NCBI RefSeq assembly: GCF_006345805.1
Contig: NC_042997.1
Span: forward strand, 67,766,001-67,830,000
Direction: 5' to 3'
Length of the DNA stretch: 64,000 nucleotides
From: Octopus sinensis
Lineage: Eukaryota
Within the stretch, counting starts at the first letter, position 1, and each line of letters begins with the position of its first letter. The notes under the pieces are model-generated. The model was given only the letters and a program-made list of their open reading frames with translations. It was not told the origin of the DNA and ran no database searches. Positions 51,290 through 64,000 of this stretch are shown here, one piece after another. A program made the position numbers and the translations under genes.

Positions 51290-52300
51290 ACAAGCATACT
51301 CTCTATTAATTCAGTTGAAAAAACAGCGATGAGAAATAGAAGTAAGAGGTTATGCCTGGAAAGAGAGTCCAGATTAGAATATCTTGTCCAGTATACTTCT
51401 CTTTGCTTTGCTATTGTGCTCTCTGTGTCATTTTCCGTAAACCGGTTCATTATTTCCGTAAGCTTGGTGATTGATAATTCAGAAGTATTCTTTCTGGTAT
51501 TACGGGCTCCATTGTAGGGTTTTCCCGTACATTTTGGACGCAATGCCGTACTAACTGCTGCAAGTCTTGAATAGATAAATTCTTACTATGAGACTGCGTT
51601 AACTCCTCTAAATCTTCCGCATTGACCTGTAGCATTCTCTCTTTATGGGTCAACTCAAAGACATCATTGGTGACTGCTAATGCTATTGCTTTATAACATT
51701 CCAGGAAATCACTACATACTTCTGGTCATAGCTTCTTCCAAACTTCGTGCATGGATTTCTCGGTTACATCCTCCCAGACTACATTGATATTATTTATGAT
51801 CTTACTGATACGGTAGTTTTCCCAAAGGTCTCTGTTCAATTAATTTTTATGTCTCTTAAGAAACTTATTTGAGTACCTTTCCACTATCGGATAAACATGT
51901 GAGAATTTCTATTGCTACTTAGGCCTTTTTTTGATTTTCAAATTACAAGCAGATGTGTTTCTAATATTCTCCTCAATGAACGTAGTACTTTTAGAAGATA
52001 TTAGACCATTGATATCAGCTTCGAAGACACCGTTAGCATTACCACTAAATAGCAGTTTTGAACCTAGTGGCGTTGTTTTTCTCAGGATAAGGAAACAATA
52101 ATACCTTTTTCATTGAATACTAATTGGATGTAGATGGGAAATTGTTGCCATACTCGATTCTTAGGAGCACAGAAAATGATTTTGGCTGCCTGGATGTCTG
52201 CACTTGTAGCGTCTAAGATATAGATGCTTTATCAGTTATACTACCGTTTGAATCTATCATGAGCCAATCTCTACTCGTTGAAAATGCTTCTAAATCCTTT
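51290..52300 (-). pseudogene. Degenerate pogo/Tigger-like transposase
   Basis: Minus strand: AHDRFKR*YN, LLFSGNANG, LWENYRISKIINNINVVWEDVT...VWKKL*P and VNAEDLEELTQSH, resembling TIGD/Tigger motifs. Confidence 0.65.
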
Positions 52301-52539
52301 TCTTATGTTTAAATGTTTGAAAATGTAACTTGCTTTTTCCCTTATAATAAGTTGGCTTAATTGCAGGTTCCATTTGCTGATGTGTCACGAGATTAAATCG
52401 AGATGAACGTCAGCGAAAAAAAAAAAAAAAAATCGTGATTTCTACGTTTGTTAATAGTAAACTAAGATACATCTTTTCAGTTTTTCTATTTAATGTGTTT
52501 TATGTCTTGAAAGTAACTGCATCTCCGTAGGTATGAACG

Positions 52540-52850
52540 ATGCGTATCCATTGAACTGCTATCCATTGAATAAGTGTGAAAGTGGCTGAATATTCCACAT
52601 TACACATGTGCTCTGAACATATTCCTGAGGCAGGATCAGCGTGACATAATGTGTGACAAGGCCGGACCCTTGAATTACATGTACAATTCATCCAACGGAC
52701 TTTTACATGGCTTCTGCTTTCCATATTTCATCCACAAGGCTGGAGTCAACACAAAGCTATAGAAAATGATATTTGCGCAAGCAGTGGAATCGAACGCGGG
52801 ATCGTTCGATTGCGAAGTGAACTTCTTTACCATTCAACCATACTGCAATC
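52540..52850 (-). mobile_element. Degenerate tRNA-derived SINE (family D-like body)
   Basis: CAGCGTGACA..TGTGACAAGG and GGAATCGAAC blocks shared with 14825-15140. Confidence 0.55.
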
Positions 52851-53369
52851 AAATTCACTCCTCATCGCATTCTATTCTTAATCAATTCTAATTAATTAAA
52901 ATTCTGTGAGGTACTTCCATTGCCTTTCTTGACCAGGATTAATAATTGTATGAAAAATTCGGATGTATGTGGGAGTGTGCACAAGAGTGAATCCTAGATT
53001 CTTAATTGTTAGTAAACTATCATTATAGTAATAGTATGGTGCTAACCCACTAATTAAGATAATGATTAATTTTTACCATGAGTTTAGTTTTAGTTAATTA
53101 AAATTTCTTGGTTCAGTACATTAAATATGTTAACGCATATTTTACTAAACATGTTGACGCCCACTTTGCTAATTGTCAGTGAATTTCCGGTTAAACCTGG
53201 CGACTTGCTCCAATTACTGTAACGTTAAGCAGAGTAACAACAAATCTTTTCCTGTGTATGGCTGCAATGTGTGACAGAAATTTTCCCAGAACTGCTGGTT
53301 CATAATGTTTCCGAAACTTACATGAACTAAGTTAAGTATAAAAAAAAAGAGCCTGTGCATGTAAATTGT

Positions 53370-54050
53370 GATTTTAAATAATGTGGCATCGGCAATTCGA
53401 AAGCGTTCACTCGATCGTAGTGCAATGATACCAAGTAGACAAAACTGAATCATAAAATGTGTCCAACATGAACCGGTACTAATGCGTTCTCGAAATATGT
53501 ATTGTTGTTGCTGTAATTGTTTAGTCTGTGCTTTAACTCTGATCCAAAAAATAAATTAAGTACCAGTTGCGTACTGGGGTGGATCTAATCGACTGCGATT
53601 TTAAATAATGTGGCATCGGCAATTCGAAAGCGTTCACTCGATCGTAGTGCAATGATACCAAGTAGACAAAACTGAATCATAAAATGTGTCCAACATGAAC
53701 CGGTACTAATGCGTTCTCGAAATATGTATTGTTGTTGCTGTAATTGTTTAGTCTGTGCTTTAACTCTGATCCAAAAAATAAATTAAGTACCAGTTGCGTA
53801 CTGGGGTGGATCTAATCGACTGCGATTTTAAATAATGTGGCATCGGCAATTCGAAAGCGTTCACTCGATCGTAGTGCAATGATGCCAAGTAGACAAAACT
53901 GAATCATAAAATGTGTCCAACATGAACCGGTACTAATGCGTTCTCGAAATATGTATTGTTGTTGCTGTAATTGTTTAGTCTGTGCTTTAACTCTGATCCA
54001 AAAAATAAATTAAGTACCAGTTGCGTACTGGGGTGGATCTAATCGACTGC
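53370..54050. repeat. Tandem repeat, 3 x 227 bp, near identical
   Basis: Units start at 53370, 53597 and 53824. One visible substitution (GATACC vs GATGCC). Each unit ends in a SINE A fragment. Confidence 0.95.
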
Positions 54051-54121
54051 CCCCCCCCGCCACCTTCCCCAAAATTTGGGGCCTTGTGCCTTGAGTAGAA
54101 AAGAATATTTAAGATGATATA

Positions 54122-54310
54122 TAAGGCCCTAGCTGGTAGAATCGTTAGCACGTCGGCTAAAATGCTTAGCGGCATTTCGTCCGTCTTTACGTTCTGGGTT
54201 AAAATTCCGTCGAGGTTGACTTTTCCTTTCTTCCTTTCGAAGTCGATAAAGTAAGCACCAGGAAGTTAGCTCCCCCCCCAGTTAGCTGGCCTTGTGCCAA
54301 AACTTGAATA
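54122..54310 (+). mobile_element. SINE family A
   Basis: AGCTGGTAGAATCGTTAGCACG head and body. Confidence 0.8.
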
Positions 54311-54509
54311 TTGTACTAAAACAATATTTAAGACAGTATATGTTCAGTATATTATTTGGCTGTTACTTCTGGCAGTAAGAGCAACTGCCATAATATCTTC
54401 TTCGTTAGCTCGAACTAAAGACAGAGCCTCTACGCTGTCGTTGATCTGTTAGAAATAGCAGCCAAATCTCTTTCAAATCAATCACCACTGTATTTTTAAA
54501 AAGATGTTG

Positions 54510-54770
54510 AACATGGCTGTATGGTTAGAAGTTTATTTCCCTATCACGTGGTTTTAGGCTCAGTCCCACTGTGTAGAACCTTAAGTGGCTGTCTTCTATT
54601 CTAGCCCCGAGTAGACCAAAGCTTTATAAATGGATCTGCTAGAAAGAAATTGAAACAAGCCCTCTCTGTAAAAAAAAATCGCTCACACACAAATATGTAT
54701 GTATACGTGTCTGTATCTGTCATCCTACCGCTTGACAACCGGCGTTGCTAACCGAGAGAATAAACAGCAG
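54510..54770 (+). mobile_element. SINE family B, degraded
   Basis: TGGCTGTATGGTTAG, CAGTCCCACTG, GCTTGACAACCGG blocks. Confidence 0.65.
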
Positions 54771-55409
54771 ACAATGTTCAAGGGAAAACAATGGATTTGA
54801 AACCTCATCCGTTATCCATTTAGACAGGAGCTAACGGACTTTCCACTGCACGATTGCTCGACTAACTGGAAATAATAGCCAAATCGCCTACAGATAATAG
54901 TGAGAAGAAGCAAGGACACATTTGATGATGTAATCCGAGTTAGACTGCTTATGGAAAACAAAAAAGAATGGATGGTCACACTTGGACTGCCTTTTTATCA
55001 GAGATCTATTTGATGATAATTGATCTCAGAGAGATTGCATCAGTTAAAAATTCACATTGCATCACTTATCGTATCAGTTAAAAATTCACATTATCGCATC
55101 AGTTAAAAATTCACATTGAATCACTACATTTGTTTCGGTACGAAATAAACATAATTCTGTATTTAATATCGTAGTCCTAGTTTCTGAGTTCAAACGATGC
55201 TAGAATCGTATGGAGCCAGAAGCTTCTTCTCCATTTTTCATGTTCAATAAAATACGTAGCATTCATAGATCGAAATCGATTCAATCGACTTGTACTTCTC
55301 CATTACTTTGTTACATATATCTTTTTAACATAATATGTCTTGGAGAAGATCTGCTCCACACACACACCACACACACACACATCAGAATGGAACAAGCAAA
55401 AGAATATAT

Positions 55410-55542
55410 AATATATATATATATATAATATATATATAATATATATATATATATACATACATACATACATATATACATACATACATATATATATATAATA
55501 TATATATATAAACATATATATATACATACATATATATGTATA

Positions 55543-55600
<58 letters not shown>

Positions 55601-55663
55601 ATATACACATATACGTATATATAACGCACACATACGCAATATACTCACAACCATACATATGTG

Positions 55664-55728
<65 letters not shown>

Positions 55729-55730
55729 CG
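55410..55730. repeat. Long (TA)n/(CATA)n microsatellite complex
   Basis: Direct reading. Confidence 0.95.
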
Positions 55731-55932
55731 CACACACATGATATATACATGCACAATATTCCAAGAAAAGTAATAAATTAGAAAACCACAGGCCAAAATT
55801 CAATTCTATAGTTCTTTTCGTTTGCCAACCAAACATATGGTCGATTCTGCAAGCAGAGACTGCAAGAGAACAGCAATAGCGATCAATGTAAATTGCAAAG
55901 CTTATATATATTCACACACACACACACACACA

Positions 55933-55970
<38 letters not shown>

Positions 55971-56598
55971 ACATTAATTTCGTCTCCCTAGAAACGGTAA
56001 GTATAGAAACGCTTCCCATACCATTCTAATGAGATGCAATTATATTTTTAAACGTTCTTCCGTCGGTATGGTTTAACACATGTGCATACACGTTCACACA
56101 TACAGACACCAATACACGCTCAAGTACAACCATTAAACGTATACATATATAACTACACATGTGTGTACATATTCAAGTATGAAAACATATATATGACTGA
56201 ATACGTGTATTTCTCCTGCTCTATAGCAGTATGCTATAAAAGTTTTCTTCCCTTATCTTTTGAACAAAAATTTCTCTCTCTCCCACATTAAAATATATAC
56301 TATATACGTTTTTGGTGGGTTTATTATGTATGGGAGATATTATCACAAAAATTACACAAAAACATTCACAAACACATTTAGGAGTACTATGTATATATTC
56401 CATGTGAGTATGTGTATGAGTGTGTATGCGTGCTTATGTATAGACATATATGTATCTCTCTACCTCTCTCTCTATCTATATACATATATACAAATTTACA
56501 CATATGTGGACATATGTATGTACATATGAATATATATATGTGTGTGTGCGTATATATTACACACATATATATATATATATAAATTGTATATGTGAGAG

Positions 56599-56643
<45 letters not shown>

Positions 56644-56990
56644 CAGAGAGAGAGAGAGAGAATATTGTTACACGTAGAAATCCACATTACATACAAATTT
56701 TGAAGCGTGCATGCACACACATACACACGCACAAGCACACACAAGCATACACACATGCACACACAAATACACACACACACACACAAGTACACACACATGC
56801 ACACACACACGTGCACACATACATATGTACAAACGCAATACATTCTCAGGTGTGTGTGATTATGTGTATTTCTCGTAGAGAGATCACTGATATATTGCAT
56901 AAGTTGCTGTTTGTTCCGGTGCGTGCGTGCGTGTGTGTAGGCTTCAAAATATGTATGGTTATGTGGATTTTTACACGTGTCTATAATTTC

Positions 56991-57021
<31 letters not shown>

Positions 57022-57122
57022 TATATATCATTGACAATTCATACCGGAGATTCCGTGAGATATATTTTAAAACTAAAACTATATGAGTGTGTTGTGTGTG
57101 TGTGTGTTTTTGCATATATATA

Positions 57123-57168
<46 letters not shown>

Positions 57169-57181
57169 TATATATATATAT

Positions 57182-57595
57182 ATATATGCGCGTGTTATTA
57201 TATATATATGCGCTGTATCTATATATATATACACACACATACACATGTGTGCATATGTCTACATATATCTCATGTATACACATATGTATATACCAATGTA
57301 TATTTAACCTTACACACATACACACACACGCACACACACACACATATATACTCATACATAGAAGCACACCTATATAATACTACTCTTAAATGTGGATTTA
57401 TAAATGTTTATGGGCAATGTTTGTGATAGTATCTCCCATACACAAACACTCATTCTCACATATATTCACATGTACATAAATATGATTTTAAACATTTAAT
57501 TTTTTCTGGCAAGCTAGTTAAAGCACACGTTGAGACCACATGCTGATGAAATCAGTCGAACATGTATGTACATAATACTTACACATATGAGTACA

Positions 57596-57629
<34 letters not shown>

Positions 57630-58600
57630 AGTGTGTTTATATATCTAAATATTCTTGGCATCTACATCAACGCATGCAGACATTGCAGACATTGTAATTT
57701 ATCTATCTCATCGCTCTCCCCGAATTTACAATGTACTTGTGAGTTCTAGATTGTATAGCTGCTAATATCAAAAGCATACGAAAACATACAAAATATATAC
57801 ATACAAACACAAAAACACGCGTACACAAGCACATATAAACTCATTATAATCTCTTCGCATATGACTAGATTCATATATATATATATTAATATATATATAT
57901 AATATATATGCGCGTGTATATATTATATATGCGCGTGTATATATATATATATACACACCCATACACATGTGTGCATATGTCTACATATATCTCATGTATA
58001 CACATATGTATATACACATGTTATTTTAACCTTACACACATACACACACACGCACACACACACACATATATACTCATACATAGAAGCACACCTATATAAT
58101 ACTACTCTTAAATGTGGATTTATAAATGTTTATGGGCAATGTTTGTGATAGTATCTCCCATACACAAACACTCATTCTCACATATATTCACATGTACATA
58201 AATATGATTTTAAACATTTAATTTTTTCTGGCAAGCTAGTTAAAGCACACGTGAGACCACATGCTGATTGAATCAGTCGAACATGTATGTACATAATACT
58301 TACACATATGAGTACATGCGTGTGTGTGTTGTGTGTGTGTGTGTGTGTGTGTTTGAGTGTGTTTATATATCTAAAAATTCTTGGCATCTACATCAACGCA
58401 TGCAGACATTGCAGACATTGTAATTTATCTATCTCATCGCTCTCCCCGAATTTACAATGTACTTGTGAGTTCTAGATTGTATAGCTGCTAATATCAAAAG
58501 CATACGAAAACATACAAAATATATACATACAAACACAAAAACACGCGTACACAAGCACATATAAACTCATATAATCTTTTCGCATATGACTAGATTCATA
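57182..58600. repeat. Tandem duplication, two copies of ~724 bp with (TA)n boundaries
   Basis: GAAGCACACC at 57361 and 58083; CGAATTTACA at 57721 and 58447. Confidence 0.92.
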
Positions 58601-58657
<57 letters not shown>

Positions 58658-59141
58658 CATATATACAGACAGACATATGAGTGCTAACATACTATCTTAA
58701 AGACAGACGTCTCACTAAATAAATCTGTAAATCTATTTATTAAAATGGATTTATTCCCATTCTGAGATTTAGTTTCGTTAGGTAATCGATAGTAAAGACT
58801 GCAATCAAATATTTACGTAAGCTTTATACAGGCAATATCATTTGCCAATAAACAACTCTCCCTCAGTGCCTTCATATTTTATTTCTTCACTCTTTTTCTT
58901 TCGCTCTTTCTATTCCCCTCCTTCGTTTGCTTACTCTCATGTTATATCAATCTAACATACATTTGATATCGCTATTTTCGATTCGCTTCTCTCTGATTTT
59001 CTGCCTCTCTTTCATAACTTTCCTCAATCCTTATTGATGCTATTATGCTGTCTCCGTTCTTATACCATAGACACAAACAAACACACAGACACAGACACAC
59101 ACACACACATGTATCTGTGTATGTACATGTATATATATATA

Positions 59142-59185
<44 letters not shown>

Positions 59186-61430
59186 AACAATTTTGTGAAC
59201 TAAACAAACTTTTAAATCACTTTAAGTTTTTCTGACATATTTGACCACCAAAGAAGGCCATTTTCACTGCGATTTGCCGCGGAGAAAATTCTCGCTTTTG
59301 GCAATAAATGTCAAAACACCACCAGTTATCTTGGGGCGTAATCTGGTAGACAGATAAATGTATTTCTAGCTATCTGGTGATCATTAGTCCCGAAAGCTAC
59401 CCAACACAGACAGCCTTGGGATGACTTTGGAAACTATAGATTCCTTTACAGAAAATCTGTACAAATCATTCACAAACCCGTGCGATCCGCCGCCAGGCTA
59501 GAATGGATTATCTATTATGCACGCTAAGCACTGTTGTGAACTCAACAAACTTTTAAATTAGTTCAAATATATTTCTGACATATTTGACATGGAAAAAGCC
59601 ATTTTGACTGGGGTTTGTCACAGATAAAATTCTCGCTTTACGCAGATGTTTTGACACATATTGTCTAAAGATATATCTTCGGTCTTCGAAATTATAAAAA
59701 AAAAATACATGTTCATTATGAACTTCCGGTAATGGATGCGCAATGATATTCCCGAACCACTTTTATACTGTCTCCGGCCGGAGTGAAGTGTTCATGACCG
59801 GTCATACTATGCGTATGCACAAACACAAGTAACCTCTCATTTGAATTTTTACGTAGTAAACATTGCATGTTCGAATGTCTCTACAACTTCATGTAGTATT
59901 TGTGAGTGATATACGGCATTCATAAATTTTCATTGCTTTTTCTTACACATTTATTATCGGTAGTAGAATTAACTTATTACAATTTCTGTTTCATTATCTT
60001 TGTCCAGTTCATATTCTCCATTTATTCATTATTGATTTTTAATATTAAATGCACGTTCTGTTAATAACAGCTTTGCAATATTTCATCTTATTGCTGTTTC
60101 CTTTGCATTTTACATTTTCAACTATTGAATGTTTTGCCGGCGTTCTATCAAGAATTAATATTTCATTACTTTACCAATAGTAAATATACTTTTAGTATTT
60201 TTCTTTTCAACATAAGTAATACTAAAGTTATTGTGCGTTTAGATATCTACACATCGGCTTGCTTTGCTTCACTTTCATTTTTGCTATGTACCAATATTTG
60301 GTTATATAACTGCATGTTATATATAAAGAAACAATACACTCCTTTCGTTTGGTTCGCATAAAAAGGGAGACAATAATGTGAATGAAATGGGCTTAACTTT
60401 TCCCTACGCAAAAACGTAGATGGGATAATGGTATTTACGATGATACTGTGTTTAGCAACGAATAATATATATAAAATTATTAGCAGTATTTAGACAGCAA
60501 TTTTTCATTGCTTTATAATACATGTTCTTTTAACATAATTGCATTTCATCCTATAGCTCTATTTCCTAGTGTTGACGTTCAAGCTTCCTTCATGTTGCGT
60601 GTCTGACTGCGTTCTTCCCACATGCATGCAAGACTTATGCATATACAGTAAATATGATACAATGATGTCATATTAAAAGATAAAGTAAAAACTAGTATAC
60701 ATGTGTGTGTATGTGTGTATGTATGTGTGAGTGTGTGTGCATGCATGTACTCGTGTGTGTGTCTGTTGCTATGCATATATAATATGTCTACCTACACCAA
60801 GTTCTTTCTTTTTAAGGCGTTATTTGTTTTGAATTCTTTCCCTTTCTGGTACATCATTCTTAAAGCTGTTCAAGAAAAACATCAACTATGTCGGCCTCAC
60901 CTTTTTCTTAAGAACAACCATTTTTATCCAACCTCAAGCCATTAGAAAAAAATAACAACAACAACACAACAAACAAGCAAAATAACCTTCGTATGATAAT
61001 GGCTATAAATCGTTCATTGAATTTTGTGACTTCATATAGCTTACGAGAAGGAGGGGAGGAAGGGGAAGAGGAGATGTAGTAGTAATAACAGTAGTAGTAA
61101 TAGTAGTAGTAATAGTTGTAGTAGTAGTAGTAGAAGAAAAAAGAAGAGCAACAAGAAAAGAAAAGAAGAAATTCCAGGTTTTAGACATTTGGTCATTTCG
61201 AGGCAAAGTAGAAGACATTTGCAAAGATGGCGTGCTGTGGGGTGGAATCTGCAACTCATAGGTGAGCACCTTGGGTATATAGCTATGGTGCTTGAATATA
61301 TAAATAGGCAAATCGAAAATCAAAAATAACAAATAACAAAACAACAAGCTAATACATTGCATGAGTTAAAAGGACGTACTCATGGAATGTGTTAGCTTGA
61401 TGCTTAGTAAAGGTGGAAAAAAGAGTTGGT

Positions 61431-61465
61431 GTATAACGTTTCGAGTATGGCTTTTCGTCAGAAAA
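61431..61465 (-). ncRNA. Degenerate hammerhead-like motif
   Basis: Minus strand: TTTT-CTGACGA-A-AAGCCATACTC-GAAA-CGTT-ATAC. Core intact, stems I and II eroded. Confidence 0.35.
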
Positions 61466-61594
61466 AGGAGAAAGGAAAGGTCCAGAGAAGGAAAAAACGT
61501 CCAAGAAAAGCATGTGTGTGGTTACACACACTCACACACACACACTCACATACACACACACTCACACACACACACACACACTCACACACAAACA

Positions 61595-61729
61595 CGATGG
61601 GCTTCTTTCAGTTTCCATCTAACAAATCCACTAGCAAGGTTTTAGTCGGCTGAGGCTACAGTAGAAGATACTTACCCACAGTGCCACACAGTGGGACTGA
61701 ACCCAGAATCATGTGATTGGGAAGCAAAC

Positions 61730-61730
<1 letters not shown>
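61595..61730 (-). mobile_element. SINE family B 5' half
   Basis: GGGCTTCTTTCAGTTTCC...CAGTGGGACTGAACCC matches family B. Confidence 0.8.
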
Positions 61731-61751
<21 letters not shown>

Positions 61752-61760
<9 letters not shown>

Positions 61761-61985
61761 ATTCAATCGGCCAGACTATCAGATGTTACATACAACGCCG
61801 GTTATAATGCACTACCTCACATTGCTACAGCTTTCGAACAATGCCACCTTGCTGGCAAGGTGAGCAGGCCAACATTCTCCCTGAATGGACCACCAGTTCG
61901 TTGCTGGGCTACTCATTTACACACCGCCTGCCTGGGAGTCGAAACCACGATCTTGTGATCATGAGTTCAACTCTTGCTCACTACA
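61752..61985 (-). mobile_element. Degenerate tRNA-headed SINE
   Basis: GGGAGTCGAAACCACGATCTTGTGATCATGAGTTC is the reverse complement of a tRNA-like head, as in family D copies. Confidence 0.5.
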
Positions 61986-64000
61986 TTTATATGCTCGCGC
62001 GCGCGTGTACATGTGTAATGTATGTATGTATGTATGTATGTATGTATGTATGTATGTATGTATGTATGTATGTATGAATGTATCTCCATCCTGGCTGTAA
62101 CATTCGACTACATCTGCTGGTTAGGAATTTCTGGAGTTGTGGGGAGCATGAGGTATCCCTTAATCACTATTATTTCCAGGCTCGTTACTACCCGGAACGG
62201 TAGTACCTGCCAGAGCACCATCTATGGGTTAAATAGATTTTCTAGGGATAGAGGGTGCTCCTGTTACTTTTGACAAAGCCGTGAGGAAAGCAGTTCTAGG
62301 AGAAAGATACTCTGACATAAAACTTGCTGTCAAAATTGTACAAGTCATCTTGCACTGCTTGTCACTGGGACTTACTATGGCGACCGAGAGAGTGGCAAAA
62401 GTGTTGTATAAACTGTTGACATTTAAAAGTCAAAGACGTATAGATGTCTCACTAGCTGTGAGACAGCTATCATATGATGATATCATAAGATGAGGCAATC
62501 ATCATGTATGTGTGTATGTCCATAACATGTGAGAACACGTCATCTAGCAAAAAAGAGGAAAATAATGCACCGAGTGAGAAAGAGAGAGAGAGAAAGGGAG
62601 AGAGAGAGACGGAGAGAGAGAGAAAGGAAGAGAAAGAGAGGGGGAGAAAGACAGATGGAGAGGAAGAGAAAGTAGGAGAGAGAGAAAGAGAGACAATGAG
62701 AGGGAGAGAGTTAATAAAAGAGAAGCGAGGCAGCTAACGAAAGAGAAAGAGAAAATATAATATGAAGAACAGCATTGTATGACTAATCGAAGTCTTCATG
62801 ACTGATAGAGGAGGTCAGCATGAGTGTTGTATTGTCAATTAAGTACAGTTCATTCATTTGATCGCTGTTTCCAAAAAAGTTTTCCCGTGAATTTTTTTTT
62901 GTTTTAGAAATTTCGGATTGATCTAAAAAGTATTTTCCATTTTTAGTTATTACATATATATATAAAAAAAAACCGTCTAAATTCGTTTAACGCCATAAAT
63001 GATAACACGTTTTATTCACTGCCTGTAAATATTCACGTCTTTCTATTTGTATGGCATCGTTTAATAGATCTCGCTTCTTTTGTTCCATTAACTACTTATG
63101 TAGCTGGCTGGCATAACAGATTTTCATTTCAGTGTTCAGAACTGCACTGAATCGACATATCCAGGAATCCAATTTTCCGGTCATGTCACTATTTTTCACT
63201 TTCTTTCACTAGTTATCGTCTTGTTCTGGAATGATTATGCGATCAATACACATTTAAATCTGCAGTACATTTTCGCATTATCAGTCGGTGGGACCTACTC
63301 AACGGACTTTCATTCAGATGTAATGCTCAGTAAGAAATATTAGCATATCTTTCAAATGAGCAATTTAGGTACCTGTCTGTATCTTCCTTATCTATCATAG
63401 TATTTTTCTTCTTAACGATCATACACTATGTAACATTATAAAAGAAATTACATCGCTTCATACCATTTCAGAAGCGGCCACATTAAAAACAACGTAATTT
63501 TTGTAAAGTTATTTCTTATATATATATGAACGCTTGGAGTGTTTAGGTTGTTTGAAACAGAAATACATGGCATACAGATCTATCTTAAAAGCGTTTGTGA
63601 TGTAAATGAAATTAAATAAAATAACGCAAATCTCGAACCTTAAAACTATGAAATGACATACGCCATCATTAGTTGTCATTAAAAATAATGAGCTCACTAT
63701 GATTATTTATCCATGAGTAAATTTAGAAACAAACAAATTATTCTGTCTACTTATCTGGATTTCTAGTTATCGGGAAAGCAATTTTGAGATTGTTTTCAAG
63801 ACGTTGACATAAGAAAAGTGTAATCACAGATGTAAGATTATAGATGTATAATGGAAGCTATGTAATTAAGAATGCTTAGGAATGTCTCGTGAAATATATG
63901 TGCAATTAAGAATACGTAATTAGGATAGAAACATTAAATCAGGAATCTATAATTAGTAATATGTAATTACATAAGAACAAGATTACTAAAGATCGTTAGA

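Noticed and set aside
53370-54050. CRISPR array
   Set aside because: Whole 227-bp units are repeated with no unique spacers, the context is eukaryotic, and there are no cas genes.
63120-63300. Possible exon after acceptor-like TTTTCATTTCAG
   Set aside because: All frames close quickly and none resembles a known protein.

Overview
Eukaryotic, AT-rich and microsatellite-saturated DNA made up almost entirely of transposable-element debris. The SINE families and repeat landscape look to me like an octopus/cephalopod genome (my recognition, not a database result). I cannot support any intact host gene, so the window is intergenic or intronic, and most ORFs in the track are microsatellite read-throughs. 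Recognisable fossils: a Ty3/gypsy element with a solo LTR inserted in its RT; a Penelope-like element (PLE) RT; I-group, CR1/L2-group and RTE LINEs; three mariner transposase remnants; a Tc1-like DD36E (Incomer-type) element; pogo/Tigger-like and hAT-like remnants; several TA-flanked MITEs; and many copies of three tRNA-derived SINE families. The most interesting layer is non-coding. (i) Several minimal type I hammerhead-ribozyme-like motifs, one of them at the end of a composite with a tRNA-like Pol III head, an (AAT)n tract and a PLE-type tail. (ii) A young ORF-less element with ~414-bp near-identical direct repeats (pseudo-LTR/retrozyme-like) inside (TA)n. (iii) Recurrent near-perfect fold-back hairpins beside (TA)n. 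(iv) A SINE subfamily that repeatedly lands at the same GTATTTC site inside older SINE copies.
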